NCBI GenBank assembly: GCA_043767805.1
Contig: JAYUGC010000182.1
Span: 1-48,425 of the forward strand
Origin: Pseudomonadota bacterium
GTDB taxonomy: Bacteria; Bdellovibrionota; FAC87; UBA2466
Length of the DNA: 48,425 nucleotides
Direction: 5' to 3'
Part shown: piece after piece, positions 26,661 to 35,824 of the stretch
Position numbering within the stretch: position 1 is the first letter of the stretch
Layout of the letters: each line of letters opens with the position of its first letter
Notes under the pieces: generated by a model
Seen by the model: only the letters and a program-made list of their open reading frames with translations
What the model was told of the DNA's origin: nothing
Databases searched by the model: none
Translations under genes and position numbers: made by a program

Positions 26661-27339
26661 CTTCGGCGCCCACTATCAGCTCGTTCAAGCGGCCGAAGCC
26701 GAGCAGCATCTGATAGCGCGCGTAGCCGCGCCAAGTTTCGTCGGGCGCGGCCGCATAATCCGCCGCGGCCTGAAGAAACGGGCCGTTCAAGTTGTAAACC
26801 TCGTACTCGTCGAAAGAGGCCGTCTCGAACTGAATCGTCCATCGATCGGCAACCCGCGCTCTGGTGCCTAGGCGAAAAAGTAAGTCATGCTCACGCTCGG
26901 CGTGACTCGCGGGCAGCGGGAGAATGCCCGCGCCGAAAGCTTGCGAGAAACGCTCGTACCAGCCGAAAGCGCCGTAAACGTCGAACCAGTTCGTGCTAAT
27001 CGGCACGTCGAAGGCGAATTTACCGACGAGCCCCGTCCAGCCGGCGCCCGCCGCGGGTAGCACGAGGTGAAAGACCGAGGTTTCCAGCCGGAGGACTGGG
27101 AAAAACGCGTAGGACAGTCCCGCCTGATAGACCAGGTGGCGAACTTCCCGAGGGGAGAATGCGAGCTGGGCCGCTCCGCTGAAGAGCAGGGCACTGGCGA
27201 CGCGGGCCTCGTATTGAAACCCGGGCGCAAGGGCGTCCGGTTGCGAGGGGGAGAAGCGAAAGCGAAGATCGACCGCCGTTTCCGCGCCCCATGCCGAAAA
27301 GCCCACCATCGCCAGAAGGATGAATAGCCGGCTAAGCAC
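26644..27339 (-). CDS. Hypothetical outer-membrane beta-barrel (start refined to GTG 27339)
   Basis: Signal peptide, alternating aromatic beta strands and the end VGAEVRFLQ. Overlaps the stop codon of the upstream gene. Confidence 0.6.
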   Translation of the reverse strand: MLSRLFILLAMVGFSAWGAETAVDLRFRFSPSQPDALAPGFQYEARVASALLFSGAAQLAFSPREVRHLVYQAGLSYAFFPVLRLETSVFHLVLPAAGAGWTGLVGKFAFDVPISTNWFDVYGAFGWYERFSQAFGAGILPLPASHAEREHDLLFRLGTRARVADRWTIQFETASFDEYEVYNLNGPFLQAAADYAAAPDETWRGYARYQMLLGFGRLNELIVGAEVRFLQ

Positions 27340-28546
27340 CGCGCTGCACCTGGTAGCCACGGGCCTGCAACGTACTGATGAGCCCCTGGCTATGTTCTTC
27401 CCCACGAGTTTCGAGCAGGAACTCCACCATGGTTTGGCCAACCGCTTGCTTGAGCGAATTGCGCTGGTGAAATACCTGCAGGATATTGGCTTTCTCTTTG
27501 GCCAGAATTTCAGTGATGGCAAATAGGCCGCCCGGCCGATCGGTTATGGTGACGTCGAGGCGTACGAGACGTCCTTGTTCGACGAGACCTCTTTGTAAAA
27601 CGCTGGAAAGGGCGAAGAGATCGATGTTTCCTCCCGAGAGGACCAGGGCGATGCGCTTCTCCGGAATGAGATTTTCGAGAATGGCGGCGAGCGGCAAGGC
27701 GCCCGCGCCCTCGACAATCATTTTGCCGTGTTCGGCGATGAGCGAAATAGCGTGCGCGATAGACTCTTCCGAAATTTGCAGCATGCCGTCCACCGAGGAT
27801 TTCAAGAGCTTCAGCATGTCGGGGTTCGCGCTTTTGGTGGCAACCCCTTCGGCAAGCGTGTGGGTGACCGGCTCTGTCTGCACGGTTCCGGTGTGAAAGG
27901 ATTTCCAAACGGAAGGCGCGTTTTTCGCGGTCACACCATAGATCTTTAGGTTAGGGCGCTTTGCCTTGATGGCGGCGGCAATCCCGGAGATGAGCCCGCC
28001 TCCGCCGACGCTGCAGACGATGGCGTCGATGTCGGCGAAACGTGGCTCTTCGAGAAGCTCGAGGCCTACCGTGCCTTGCCCCGCGATGATGAGCGGATCA
28101 TGAAAAGGATGCACGAAGAGAAAGCCATGCTTTTTCGATAATTCGAGAGCGTGCGCGTAGGCCTCGTCATACACGTCGCCGATGAGCTCGACTTGGGCGC
28201 CGTAGCGCTTCGTATTGAGCACTTTGAGAGTCGGCGTGAGGGAAGGCATCACGATGGTGGCCTTGATCCCGAGCTTTTGGCAGATGGCGGCCACCCCTTG
28301 CGCGTGATTGCCCGCGCTGGCTGCTATGACGCCCGCCTTCTTCGCGACGGCGAGGTTGCCCAGCACGCAGTTCGCGGCCCCTCGCATCTTGAAGGATCCG
28401 GTGAACTGAAACATCTCGCACTTGAGGTAGATGTCTCTCTGCACCGTTCGGCTCAGAAATTCCGAAGGCAAGAGCGGCGTGGGAATGATGTAGGGCGCGA
28501 TGGCCTTTCGGGCCTTCTCGATGTCGCTGAAAGTGATGGGCGTCAA
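27332..28546 (-). CDS. ilvA: Threonine ammonia-lyase with a C-terminal ACT domain (start refined to TTG 28546, SD GGAGG)
   Basis: LKCE..Q.TGSFKMRGA, ASAGNHAQG, GGGGL, LSGGNID and DRPGGL. Confidence 0.92.
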   Translation of the reverse strand: MTPITFSDIEKARKAIAPYIIPTPLLPSEFLSRTVQRDIYLKCEMFQFTGSFKMRGAANCVLGNLAVAKKAGVIAASAGNHAQGVAAICQKLGIKATIVMPSLTPTLKVLNTKRYGAQVELIGDVYDEAYAHALELSKKHGFLFVHPFHDPLIIAGQGTVGLELLEEPRFADIDAIVCSVGGGGLISGIAAAIKAKRPNLKIYGVTAKNAPSVWKSFHTGTVQTEPVTHTLAEGVATKSANPDMLKLLKSSVDGMLQISEESIAHAISLIAEHGKMIVEGAGALPLAAILENLIPEKRIALVLSGGNIDLFALSSVLQRGLVEQGRLVRLDVTITDRPGGLFAITEILAKEKANILQVFHQRNSLKQAVGQTMVEFLLETRGEEHSQGLISTLQARGYQVQRGA

Positions 28547-28601
28547 CTTAGGACCTCCGCTATTACCCGGAGAATAAACCAGCGACGACCGAACGGCTAG
28601 C

Positions 28602-29006
28602 TTAGTGGCGAACGACGACCTGGAAGGAGCAGCTGCCGGTGAGCCCGGCCGCATCATGGATGAGGACCCGGCGCGTGACGCGCCTATCAGCGCTTCCCGT
28701 GAGGGTGACCCGGCCGGAAACGGTCGCGCGGCTGGTCGTGATGCCCGACGCAAAGCCCACGATCTCAAAAGGCGACGTGCCATTGGAAAAGACCACGTCG
28801 ACGGAGAAATTCGTTTCCGAGACGACCTCGGCGGCCGATGGAGTCGCCTGGCAATCCAAATCGTCGTTGCCCGAAAGCGTGTCGTTGGAGGTCGCGTTGG
28901 TGGAGCCGTCCGCGAAGGAGGGGCGAAGGCCGCCCTCATCTTTGGCGCAAGCCGTAAGCCAGAGACCTAATAGCATCACGAAGCCGAGTCGAGTCGCGCT
29001 AATCAT
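28602..29006 (-). CDS. Small lipoprotein with one Cys-bracketed Ig-like domain
   Basis: Lipobox LTAC. LDC...PFEI...HDAAGLTGSCSFQVVV. Confidence 0.7.
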   Translation of the reverse strand: MISATRLGFVMLLGLWLTACAKDEGGLRPSFADGSTNATSNDTLSGNDDLDCQATPSAAEVVSETNFSVDVVFSNGTSPFEIVGFASGITTSRATVSGRVTLTGSADRRVTRRVLIHDAAGLTGSCSFQVVVRH

Positions 29007-29047
29007 AAAACCCCCTGGACCGAAACTAGAAACTTACCCCTTGAATG

Positions 29048-29063
29048 TGCAAGGGGTGGGCCG
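29048..29063 (-). promoter_or_regulatory. sigma54-type -24/-12 promoter candidate
   Basis: CGGCCCACCCCTTGCA (GG-N10-GC), about 40 nt upstream of the ATG. Confidence 0.45.
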
Positions 29064-29181
29064 CTCCCGCCCGTGCCTGGGGAAGTAGTCTAACTGTCAA
29101 TGGAGGTGACAGCTAATGCGTTTGTTTCATGATTCCAGACAGATACGTCGTGGGGCCTCTGTCCTCGGATCCGACAGTTTT

Positions 29182-31416
29182 TTACAGCCCGCCCGCGCCG
29201 CCGCCCACGAACATGCCTTGGGTGTGGGCGATGGAGTACGGCACGAAGTAACGGAACGCGTACGTGAAGTAATCGTAGACCTTGAAGGAGCTGCCGTACC
29301 CGTCGAAGGGCATCGCTTGACCTGGGACCGCGAGAATGTCCGCGCGTCCGTCGCCGTCGAGATCGCCCGCGGAGATACGGATGCCGCCTTCATAGGAGGA
29401 ACCGAACGGCGCGGGCTTATAGCTCTGGAGCGCTCCGCTCACGCCGTCGTAGATGTAAACTTCGTGCTTGTAGTTAGCGCCGTCGGTGGACGCTTTGACG
29501 TCGAGAGACGTCAAGATTTCCGCGCGTCCATCGCCGTCTAGATCGCCCGCCGCGACAAACGCGCCACTGTGAAGGGGCAGATCGTTCGTCACTTTGAGGG
29601 CGCTGACCGGCGTGAAAATCGTAGACCAGGGCGCGGTCGCCATGAGGCGTCCGTTATAAGCCTTGAGGATCGCGCCGCCTTCCTTGCCGGGAACGGCGAG
29701 GATGTCGGCGAAGCCGTCGCCGTTCACGTCACCGACCGCGACGCGGACGCCGAAGTTTCCAGCGAAGGGCTGCACTGCATATTTCAGTACCGGCGAGCCA
29801 GTCGCAATGCTGTAAACCTTGATCCAGCTCGAAGCCTTGCCGGCCACGTAGTCGGCGTCCTGTCCGACGATGATCTCGGCCTTGCCGTCCGCGTCCAAAT
29901 CACCGCCAGCGACGAAGAGGCCGCCGTTGCCATCCGGATGACTCGGGAGCGGATTGAAATCATAGAGCACTGTGCTCAAATTGCGGCCGTCGCGCACGAC
30001 GACGCGGTAAATGGGATTTCCACTAGGAAGATACTTGCCGCCGCCGACGATGAGATCGGCCACGCCGTCTCCGTTCACGTCCGCCATGGCGACGCGAGCG
30101 CCGCGGTGATTGGCGTCCGGAAGCGAAGTGGTCGGCCCGAACTGAGGCGTGAGGCCCGTGTACGTATTGACCGAGAAAGCATTGGATTGATCGGGGCTGA
30201 TCGCAAATCCGCCCGCCGCGTTCGCCTGGTGATTCGCGCTGCAGCTGCCGCGCACCGTGCCCGCCGCGTTCCGGTAGTTGACCGTGAGCGCGTGGAAGCC
30301 GGCATCCCGGAATCGAATCTTGCGCTCGAGCAAGCTCGGACGAGGGATTAAGGGCAAATCGTCGACATTCGAAGGCAGGCCGCGGCTGCGGTTCTGGCTC
30401 GTGATGCCGGGAATTGATTCGGACTGGCCCGCGATCTCGAAGGGGCCACCGCTCACGTAAGCGGGAATGACGACTTTGAGATTGGAGAGCGTGCCGGCGA
30501 TGCCGGGGCTCGGGCTCAAGACGATATCGCAAGTATTGATCGTGGGAGGAACCGGCAAGACGGGGAGCGGGTAGAAGAACCCGCCGCCATTATAGCCGCC
30601 GCCGTAGTTGAACCAGGGCGGTAAACCGGACCAGTCCCAACCCGATTGATAACCACCGGGAAGAGAGCCGCCGACGAAAATGGGAGCGCGGCAGGACCCG
30701 ATGGCCGTTCCGTTGGTGACGATGACCGAGGCAAAGCGAGTTACGGGAGTCGTATAGAAGAAGGCCGACCGGCTCTCGGTGTTCGAAGTCTTCGTGATGC
30801 TCGTGTCGGGGAGCAAGCGTTCCGCGTAAGGACGGAACTCGGTGAAAGTGTAAGTGCCATTTCCGCCACGGCCCAAGAACTGAAAGTTCACTTGGCTGCC
30901 GGCCGCGGGCGAGTTGTTGCTCACCACGATGTCGCAACCGAGGCTCGAAGCCGAGTTTTGCGGCGCCACCACGACCGTATAGTTGCACGAGGCATATTTC
31001 CCGGAAGCGTCTTTGAGGGTCACGCCACCCGTGCGGCGTACGGAAGCGGCGGTAGTGTTGTTCAGGCTGCCGAAGATTTTTAGGTTCTGATAGAAATTTT
31101 CAACCGGGTAGAGAAGCCCTTGAGTGATCTCGAGCGGCGGCTTGAAAGTGCCTTGCGCCGTAACGGTCACGGCGAACTGTTCTCCGTGTTTGACCGCGGT
31201 GTAGTCGGAAGCGACGGAGCAGGTGAAGCCGCTCGCCACCGTAACCACTTCCGTATTGCTTGAAGTGCTGTTGAGCTTCGGATCTACGTAGCCGGAGCAG
31301 CCTAAGCTTAAGCAGCCTCGGTCGTCATCCTGGCTGCTGCTACTGCAACCGGTGATGCCTACCGCGAGGAACGCGGTAAACGCAAAAACCAACTTAAAGA
31401 GTTTGTGTTCACTCAT
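29182..31416 (-). CDS. Surface lipoprotein with three Ig-like domains and an FG-GAP/VCBS integrin-alpha-like propeller (start refined to ATG 31416)
   Basis: Lipobox ITGC. Five DxxxDGxA(D/E) Ca-binding repeats (e.g. GVRVAVGDVNGDGFADI). SD GGAG. Confidence 0.85.
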   Translation of the reverse strand: MSEHKLFKLVFAFTAFLAVGITGCSSSSQDDDRGCLSLGCSGYVDPKLNSTSSNTEVVTVASGFTCSVASDYTAVKHGEQFAVTVTAQGTFKPPLEITQGLLYPVENFYQNLKIFGSLNNTTAASVRRTGGVTLKDASGKYASCNYTVVVAPQNSASSLGCDIVVSNNSPAAGSQVNFQFLGRGGNGTYTFTEFRPYAERLLPDTSITKTSNTESRSAFFYTTPVTRFASVIVTNGTAIGSCRAPIFVGGSLPGGYQSGWDWSGLPPWFNYGGGYNGGGFFYPLPVLPVPPTINTCDIVLSPSPGIAGTLSNLKVVIPAYVSGGPFEIAGQSESIPGITSQNRSRGLPSNVDDLPLIPRPSLLERKIRFRDAGFHALTVNYRNAAGTVRGSCSANHQANAAGGFAISPDQSNAFSVNTYTGLTPQFGPTTSLPDANHRGARVAMADVNGDGVADLIVGGGKYLPSGNPIYRVVVRDGRNLSTVLYDFNPLPSHPDGNGGLFVAGGDLDADGKAEIIVGQDADYVAGKASSWIKVYSIATGSPVLKYAVQPFAGNFGVRVAVGDVNGDGFADILAVPGKEGGAILKAYNGRLMATAPWSTIFTPVSALKVTNDLPLHSGAFVAAGDLDGDGRAEILTSLDVKASTDGANYKHEVYIYDGVSGALQSYKPAPFGSSYEGGIRISAGDLDGDGRADILAVPGQAMPFDGYGSSFKVYDYFTYAFRYFVPYSIAHTQGMFVGGGAGGL

Positions 31417-31474
31417 GCTGTACTCCAAAGGCGTCGTAAAATTCGCGTATGAAAAAAGGCTTACCGAGAGGAAT

Positions 31475-31490
31475 TGCAAGACGGGGGCCA
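31475..31490 (-). promoter_or_regulatory. sigma54-type -24/-12 promoter candidate
   Basis: TGGCCCCCGTCTTGCA (TGG-N10-GC). Confidence 0.55.
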
Positions 31491-31685
31491 GGGTGTAGAC
31501 CGTCGGCGTACAGGGGGTAATCCCCGGCGATCCGCGGGGTTAGGGAAAAGTGTCGAACTGTCTTACGGACCAACAGTATGTAAAAAACCAGTGCACCTGG
31601 AATAGGGAAAGGCAGATGTGGCAGCCGAAGGCTCATGACGGGTGGCGTTTGACTTAAAGAGAGGCGGTACCCGAAAATTCATTCG

Positions 31686-32669
31686 TTGACGCGGTTCGAG
31701 CTACATTTTCACGGCATTCGGGTTCGTCTCATCGGCGCCTCCTCCGAAGTCGCCTCGCATTTTCGCCACGACTTCCATTATTTTTTGAAAAGTCCTTCGA
31801 AAGCCGGGCCTCATCTCACCTTGCGGTTTAGTAAAACTCCGCCGAAGTGGGGGAAAGGCCGGCGTATCGGGCGGGCCGAGCTCTTTGGCAGTGCGGCCGG
31901 CGAGCGGCGGGTGAAATATTTCGGCACGACGTGGGTTGAGTATCAGCCTCACTCGCAACGCGCGAAAGTGTTTGGTTCCGACCCCGCGCACCTTTATGAA
32001 AGCGCCCTCGCGGTGGTGCTTTCCTTCGTGGGGGAATGGCTCGACGGCTTAGGCATGCACCGTGTCCATGGGCTTGGCGTCTCCTCCGAAGGCGAGGGGG
32101 CTCTGTTCCTCGCGGCCTCGGGCACGGGGAAGAGCACTTTGGCTTTGAGCTTGCTGAAGCGCACCGCCGTCGACTTGCTTTCGGACGATACCCCACTCGT
32201 TTTGTCGGGCGCGAGAATGGCGAGCTTTCCGCAGCGGATTGCGACGCGGGAAAAACCGAAAGGGTTTTCGGATAAGTATTTGAGAAAATTTCGCCGCGTC
32301 GAGTACGGCGAGAAGTTCGTTTTGGGAGCCGAGGCTTTTTCGGATCGCATTCAGACCGACGTGCCCATCCGCCAAGTGTTCGTGACTCGCCGGCACGTGG
32401 GAGAGCCCGCGCTGGAAGCAATCTCGCGCTGGCGTCTTGCGTGGCCTTTGGCCAAATGGCTCGTTATTGGCTACGAGACGCCCCAGATGTGGGAGCTTTT
32501 CTTGCGGCCATCGCCTGCGGATTTCGGCCGCAAGCTTGGTATTTTGCGAAGCCGTGTCTCGGTGGCCGCGAGTCTTCTCCGCAAGGCCAAGGCCTATCGG
32601 CTGGTGCTCGGCGGCGATAGCGAACAGAACGCCCGCTTCGTCGAGCATTTCCTGGGGGACAAGACGTGA
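31686..32669 (+). CDS. HPr-kinase-like P-loop protein
   Basis: VHGLGV...GALFLAASGTGKST...LLSDD shows the His, Walker A and DD signature of the HprK/PEPCK fold. Confidence 0.75.
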   Translation: MTRFELHFHGIRVRLIGASSEVASHFRHDFHYFLKSPSKAGPHLTLRFSKTPPKWGKGRRIGRAELFGSAAGERRVKYFGTTWVEYQPHSQRAKVFGSDPAHLYESALAVVLSFVGEWLDGLGMHRVHGLGVSSEGEGALFLAASGTGKSTLALSLLKRTAVDLLSDDTPLVLSGARMASFPQRIATREKPKGFSDKYLRKFRRVEYGEKFVLGAEAFSDRIQTDVPIRQVFVTRRHVGEPALEAISRWRLAWPLAKWLVIGYETPQMWELFLRPSPADFGRKLGILRSRVSVAASLLRKAKAYRLVLGGDSEQNARFVEHFLGDKT

Positions 32670-33685
32670 AGCTCAGCGTTTTCGTAATCACCTGGCGGCG
32701 CGCGACGTTACTCGAAGCTTGTGTGACGACGGCTCTCGCCGATTTGCCAAAGGACGCGGAACTGGTCGTCGTCGTGAACGGGTCGGATCCCGACGCTGAG
32801 GCCATTTTGTCCCGGAAAAACGACCCCCGCTTTCGCTGGCTCGTGGGGCCGCGAGAGCTTAGAGCGATTTGCCGTAACCGAGGCTTCGAGGAGGCGCGAG
32901 GAGAGGTGCTTCTCTTTCTCGACGACGACGTTCAGGTCCCGAGAGGGTATTTCCGGGAAGTGATGCGCCGGTTTGAGGCGGATCCCAAGCTCTCGGTCCT
33001 TGGCGGGCCAAACCGAACGCCCCCCGACAGCCCTTGGCGGGAGAAAGTGTTCGGCGCCGTCATGACGAGCCCTTTCGCGGCGCCGTTCGTGTACCGCCGC
33101 TACGCCGAGGGCGGCGCCTACCGCGCGGCCGGCGAGCACGATCTGATTCTCTGCAATCTGGCGCTGCGCCGGTCCCACGTTCCGGAGGCCTTGCGCTTTG
33201 AAGGCGGGCTGAAAAGCAATGAAGAGAATCTGTTTCTCTTTCGGTGCCGGGCGCGGGGGCTCAGCTTAAAAGCGTCCGGAACTTGCTTCGTCTACCACCG
33301 CCGGCGTGCGTCGCTCGCGGGATTCCTTCAGCAGATCTTTTCGTACGGCTTTGGGCGAGCGCAGCAGACTGTGCGCGCCCCGTCCAGTATGCACCCGGCG
33401 TTTCTCGTGCCTTCGTTGGCTTTGGTGGGAGGACCGCTCTTTGTCGCGCTCAACCCCGAATGGCTTCTGGCTTACGGCGCGCTCTCGTTATTCGGCGCCT
33501 TGGCTTCTCGGGAGACGCGGCAGCTCGGTGCGCTCGGAACGCTCGGCGTTTGGTGCCTCACGCCGCTTCTGCACGTCAGTTACGGCGTCGGTTTTTGGGC
33601 GGGCTGCGGAGAAATCCTGAAGCCTCGCTTGGCGCAAGTGGAGAGCAGCGTAGTTGAAGCCGACGAGCGACCGGGCGTCGCTTAA
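32666..33685 (+). CDS. GT2 glycosyltransferase with C-terminal TM helices
   Basis: LSVFVIT, RNRG, LFLDDD, GGP, NEE and FSYGFGR. Confidence 0.88.
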   Translation: MKLSVFVITWRRATLLEACVTTALADLPKDAELVVVVNGSDPDAEAILSRKNDPRFRWLVGPRELRAICRNRGFEEARGEVLLFLDDDVQVPRGYFREVMRRFEADPKLSVLGGPNRTPPDSPWREKVFGAVMTSPFAAPFVYRRYAEGGAYRAAGEHDLILCNLALRRSHVPEALRFEGGLKSNEENLFLFRCRARGLSLKASGTCFVYHRRRASLAGFLQQIFSYGFGRAQQTVRAPSSMHPAFLVPSLALVGGPLFVALNPEWLLAYGALSLFGALASRETRQLGALGTLGVWCLTPLLHVSYGVGFWAGCGEILKPRLAQVESSVVEADERPGVA

Positions 33686-34933
33686 GTCCACCACTCTACC
33701 GGGGCTCCCGCCAAATTTTCCCAGATCGTAGCCTTCTTTTAGGCCGCTCAGCTTGTGCGCAAAGAATAGGAAGTTCGCCGCCGGGTGGGGAAGAGGCAAG
33801 GCTTCGCCGGCTCGCTCGCGCAGCGTGTGGTACTGCTGCGGTTTTATCGACGAGAACACGAGCTGCGTAAGGACGGCCAATGCCACCGCGCCTTTAAAAA
33901 CGGGCGTCAGCGCATACTGACCTCGGGGGGCGGCGAGCCAAAGCAGCGGTAAGATCGGAATGAGGTACCGCGGTCCAAAGGCATGCTGTCCGGCCGGGTC
34001 GTACCAACGGGCGTGGAGCAAAAGCTGAAGGCCCGCGGCTAGAAAGAGGCAACGCGCGAGCGGTGACCGCCAAGCCGCTTTCGAAAAAAGAAAGAGTAGG
34101 GCGAGAGGCGCGGTAAAGAGCAGTCCCTTTTCCAGGGAGAAGAGCTGGATCCAGAGCCCGCGCCACACACTCGTCTTCCAGACGTCGCTCTGAAACCCTG
34201 TCACTGACAGGCCGTAGCCCGGATAGAAGGGGCTTCCCCAAGCTCGCCACTGATAAAGCATTTGAGCGAGGGCCGCGAAGCCGACGGGTAAGAGCAGCTC
34301 ACCGAGCTGGCGACGGCGGATCCAGAAAAGGGGAAGGAGCGGAATCAGGAGCGCGTGCTTCGTGAGGAGAGCCGCCGCCGCCCAAAGTCCTGCTCGAAAG
34401 GGGCGGTCTTTGCTCTGGGTGTAAGCGCCGACGAGACACAGGGCTTGGAGTGGCTCGCGCAAACAGGTTTTGGAGTAGGGGAGAAGTAGCGTGCCGGCCC
34501 CCAGCGCGGTGGTAAGCCACAGGCTTTCCGTCTTCGAGTGCGTGCGGCGGAAGAAGCCGTAGACCAAAGCGAGTAGCCACGCTGTCAAAAGGGGATTTAG
34601 CAGAGAAAGCAGGAAATCGAGGACTCGGGCTTCCGGTAGTCCCGCACGAGAGATCCAGCTCGCCGCGAGGACCAAGGGCACGTCGAGGACGGTGGGCAGC
34701 AGTCCCATCTTCGAGTACCAGGCGCCGTAGCGGCCTTCGTGCAAGACCATCGTGTTGGGATACAAGGGCCTGAGACCGAAATCTCCGGTCTCGACGAGTG
34801 AGCGCGCGGTGAGCAGAGGGCCGGTCGCGTCGATCGAATCGTTATAGCCGGCGGAAAGAAGCACGAGGGCCACGAGCCACGCCAAGAAGACGAAGCGAAC
34901 CTCTCGCCGGCTTTGGGTGGTGGGCTCAGGCAT
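33488..34933 (-). CDS. GT-C fold (ArnT/PMT-like) polytopic membrane glycosyltransferase
   Basis: Acidic SID loop after TM1, YSK, LLPYS...EP, KGLLFTAP and GPRYLIP. Confidence 0.7.
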   Translation of the reverse strand: MPEPTTQSRREVRFVFLAWLVALVLLSAGYNDSIDATGPLLTARSLVETGDFGLRPLYPNTMVLHEGRYGAWYSKMGLLPTVLDVPLVLAASWISRAGLPEARVLDFLLSLLNPLLTAWLLALVYGFFRRTHSKTESLWLTTALGAGTLLLPYSKTCLREPLQALCLVGAYTQSKDRPFRAGLWAAAALLTKHALLIPLLPLFWIRRRQLGELLLPVGFAALAQMLYQWRAWGSPFYPGYGLSVTGFQSDVWKTSVWRGLWIQLFSLEKGLLFTAPLALLFLFSKAAWRSPLARCLFLAAGLQLLLHARWYDPAGQHAFGPRYLIPILPLLWLAAPRGQYALTPVFKGAVALAVLTQLVFSSIKPQQYHTLRERAGEALPLPHPAANFLFFAHKLSGLKEGYDLGKFGGSPGRVVDLSDARSLVGFNYAALHLRQARLQDFSAARPKTDAVTDVQKRREAPNAERSERTELPRLPRSQGAE

Positions 34934-35207
34934 CCCGGATGCTCAAGCAATCGTTTTCCCAGTGGGCGACGCCGACACAGGTGATGTGATGTTTGATGAT
35001 GCCAGTCTCGAGCCGATCCGTGCTCGTCCAGGAGCGCACGTGGATGGTGACTTCCCGGGCGAGCTTTTCCTCTCCGTTCTCGAGCACCCGCCAAACGGGG
35101 AGATCGAGCTCGGGATTCTTCACGGTGTCCGTGTTGAAGCGGATCTGAAATTTTTGAGGAGTGGCTTCCACGGCCTTAAGGGTAACGCCGTTGGACTCTG
35201 GGGACAA
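34926..35207 (-). CDS. 93-aa hypothetical beta-rich protein
   Basis: SD AAGGGGA before TTG. The stop overlaps the GT-C start (ATGCCTGA). Protein-like motifs IRFNT, WRVLENG and KHHITC. Confidence 0.6.
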   Translation of the reverse strand: MSPESNGVTLKAVEATPQKFQIRFNTDTVKNPELDLPVWRVLENGEEKLAREVTIHVRSWTSTDRLETGIIKHHITCVGVAHWENDCLSIRDA

Positions 35208-35252
35208 CAGAATCCCCTTGTTACGGGGTGCCAGCCGACGGACAATTCGGAG

Positions 35253-35753
35253 ATGACGGAATGGTCGAAGCCCCTGGCGGCGGGGGAAGCGGTTTTCTTG
35301 CTGCTGGCCGTCGTCCTTTTTGTGGCCGGCGTAAAAGCGGCGTATCGGGCGCGGTGCGCTAAGACTTCTGCCTCGAGGTCCGCGTCACCTTGGATGCTCG
35401 CCTGTTTCTCTCTCGTCTTCTTGCGCCACTGGGCACTCGAGCAGGAGGTCTTTCGCGGGCCGTCGGAAGCTTTGCAAAGGCACGTGGAAAAAGTGCCGGA
35501 GCTGGTGCAGAAACTCCAAGGCATGAACGACTGGATTTTTCATAACGCCATTTTGATTGGTATCCCGCTCGCCTTTCTCCTGGGCTTTCTCTTCCACATG
35601 GCGGCGAGCTTCGCGCTTCGTTGGGTGTTCCGCATCCCGCTCTTTATTCTGGGCTGCGCCGGACTCTTCATCCTCCATCAGATCGTCACGAAACGCGCGG
35701 ACGGCGTCGCCGAAGCCGTCGGCCACCTCTGGTCCACAATCAAAGGCAGCTAA
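35253..35753 (+). CDS. Hypothetical four-TM membrane protein (start probably ATG 35253)
   Basis: Four hydrophobic segments. The upstream part of ORF 34917 is antisense to the 93-aa gene. Confidence 0.55.
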   Translation: MTEWSKPLAAGEAVFLLLAVVLFVAGVKAAYRARCAKTSASRSASPWMLACFSLVFLRHWALEQEVFRGPSEALQRHVEKVPELVQKLQGMNDWIFHNAILIGIPLAFLLGFLFHMAASFALRWVFRIPLFILGCAGLFILHQIVTKRADGVAEAVGHLWSTIKGS

Positions 35754-35824
35754 AAGGTGTGTGGATACTTTTAGCCAGCGACGGTCCGAATCTTGTCGTG
35801 GCTAAAAGTATCCACACACCTTTT
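35752..35824. repeat. REP/REPIN-like perfect 26-bp inverted repeat; likely bidirectional terminator
   Basis: AAAAGGTGTGTGGATACTTTTAGCCA (35752-35777) and its exact reverse complement (35799-35824), between convergent genes. Confidence 0.85.

Noticed and set aside
28547..28939. Extended N-terminus of the threonine ammonia-lyase ORF
   Set aside because: It overlaps the 134-aa lipoprotein in another frame. GGAGG precedes TTG 28546.
31649..31678. TTGACT-N18-GAAAAT leaderless promoter for the HPr-kinase-like gene
   Set aside because: The -10 lacks the first T. Plausible but not supportable.
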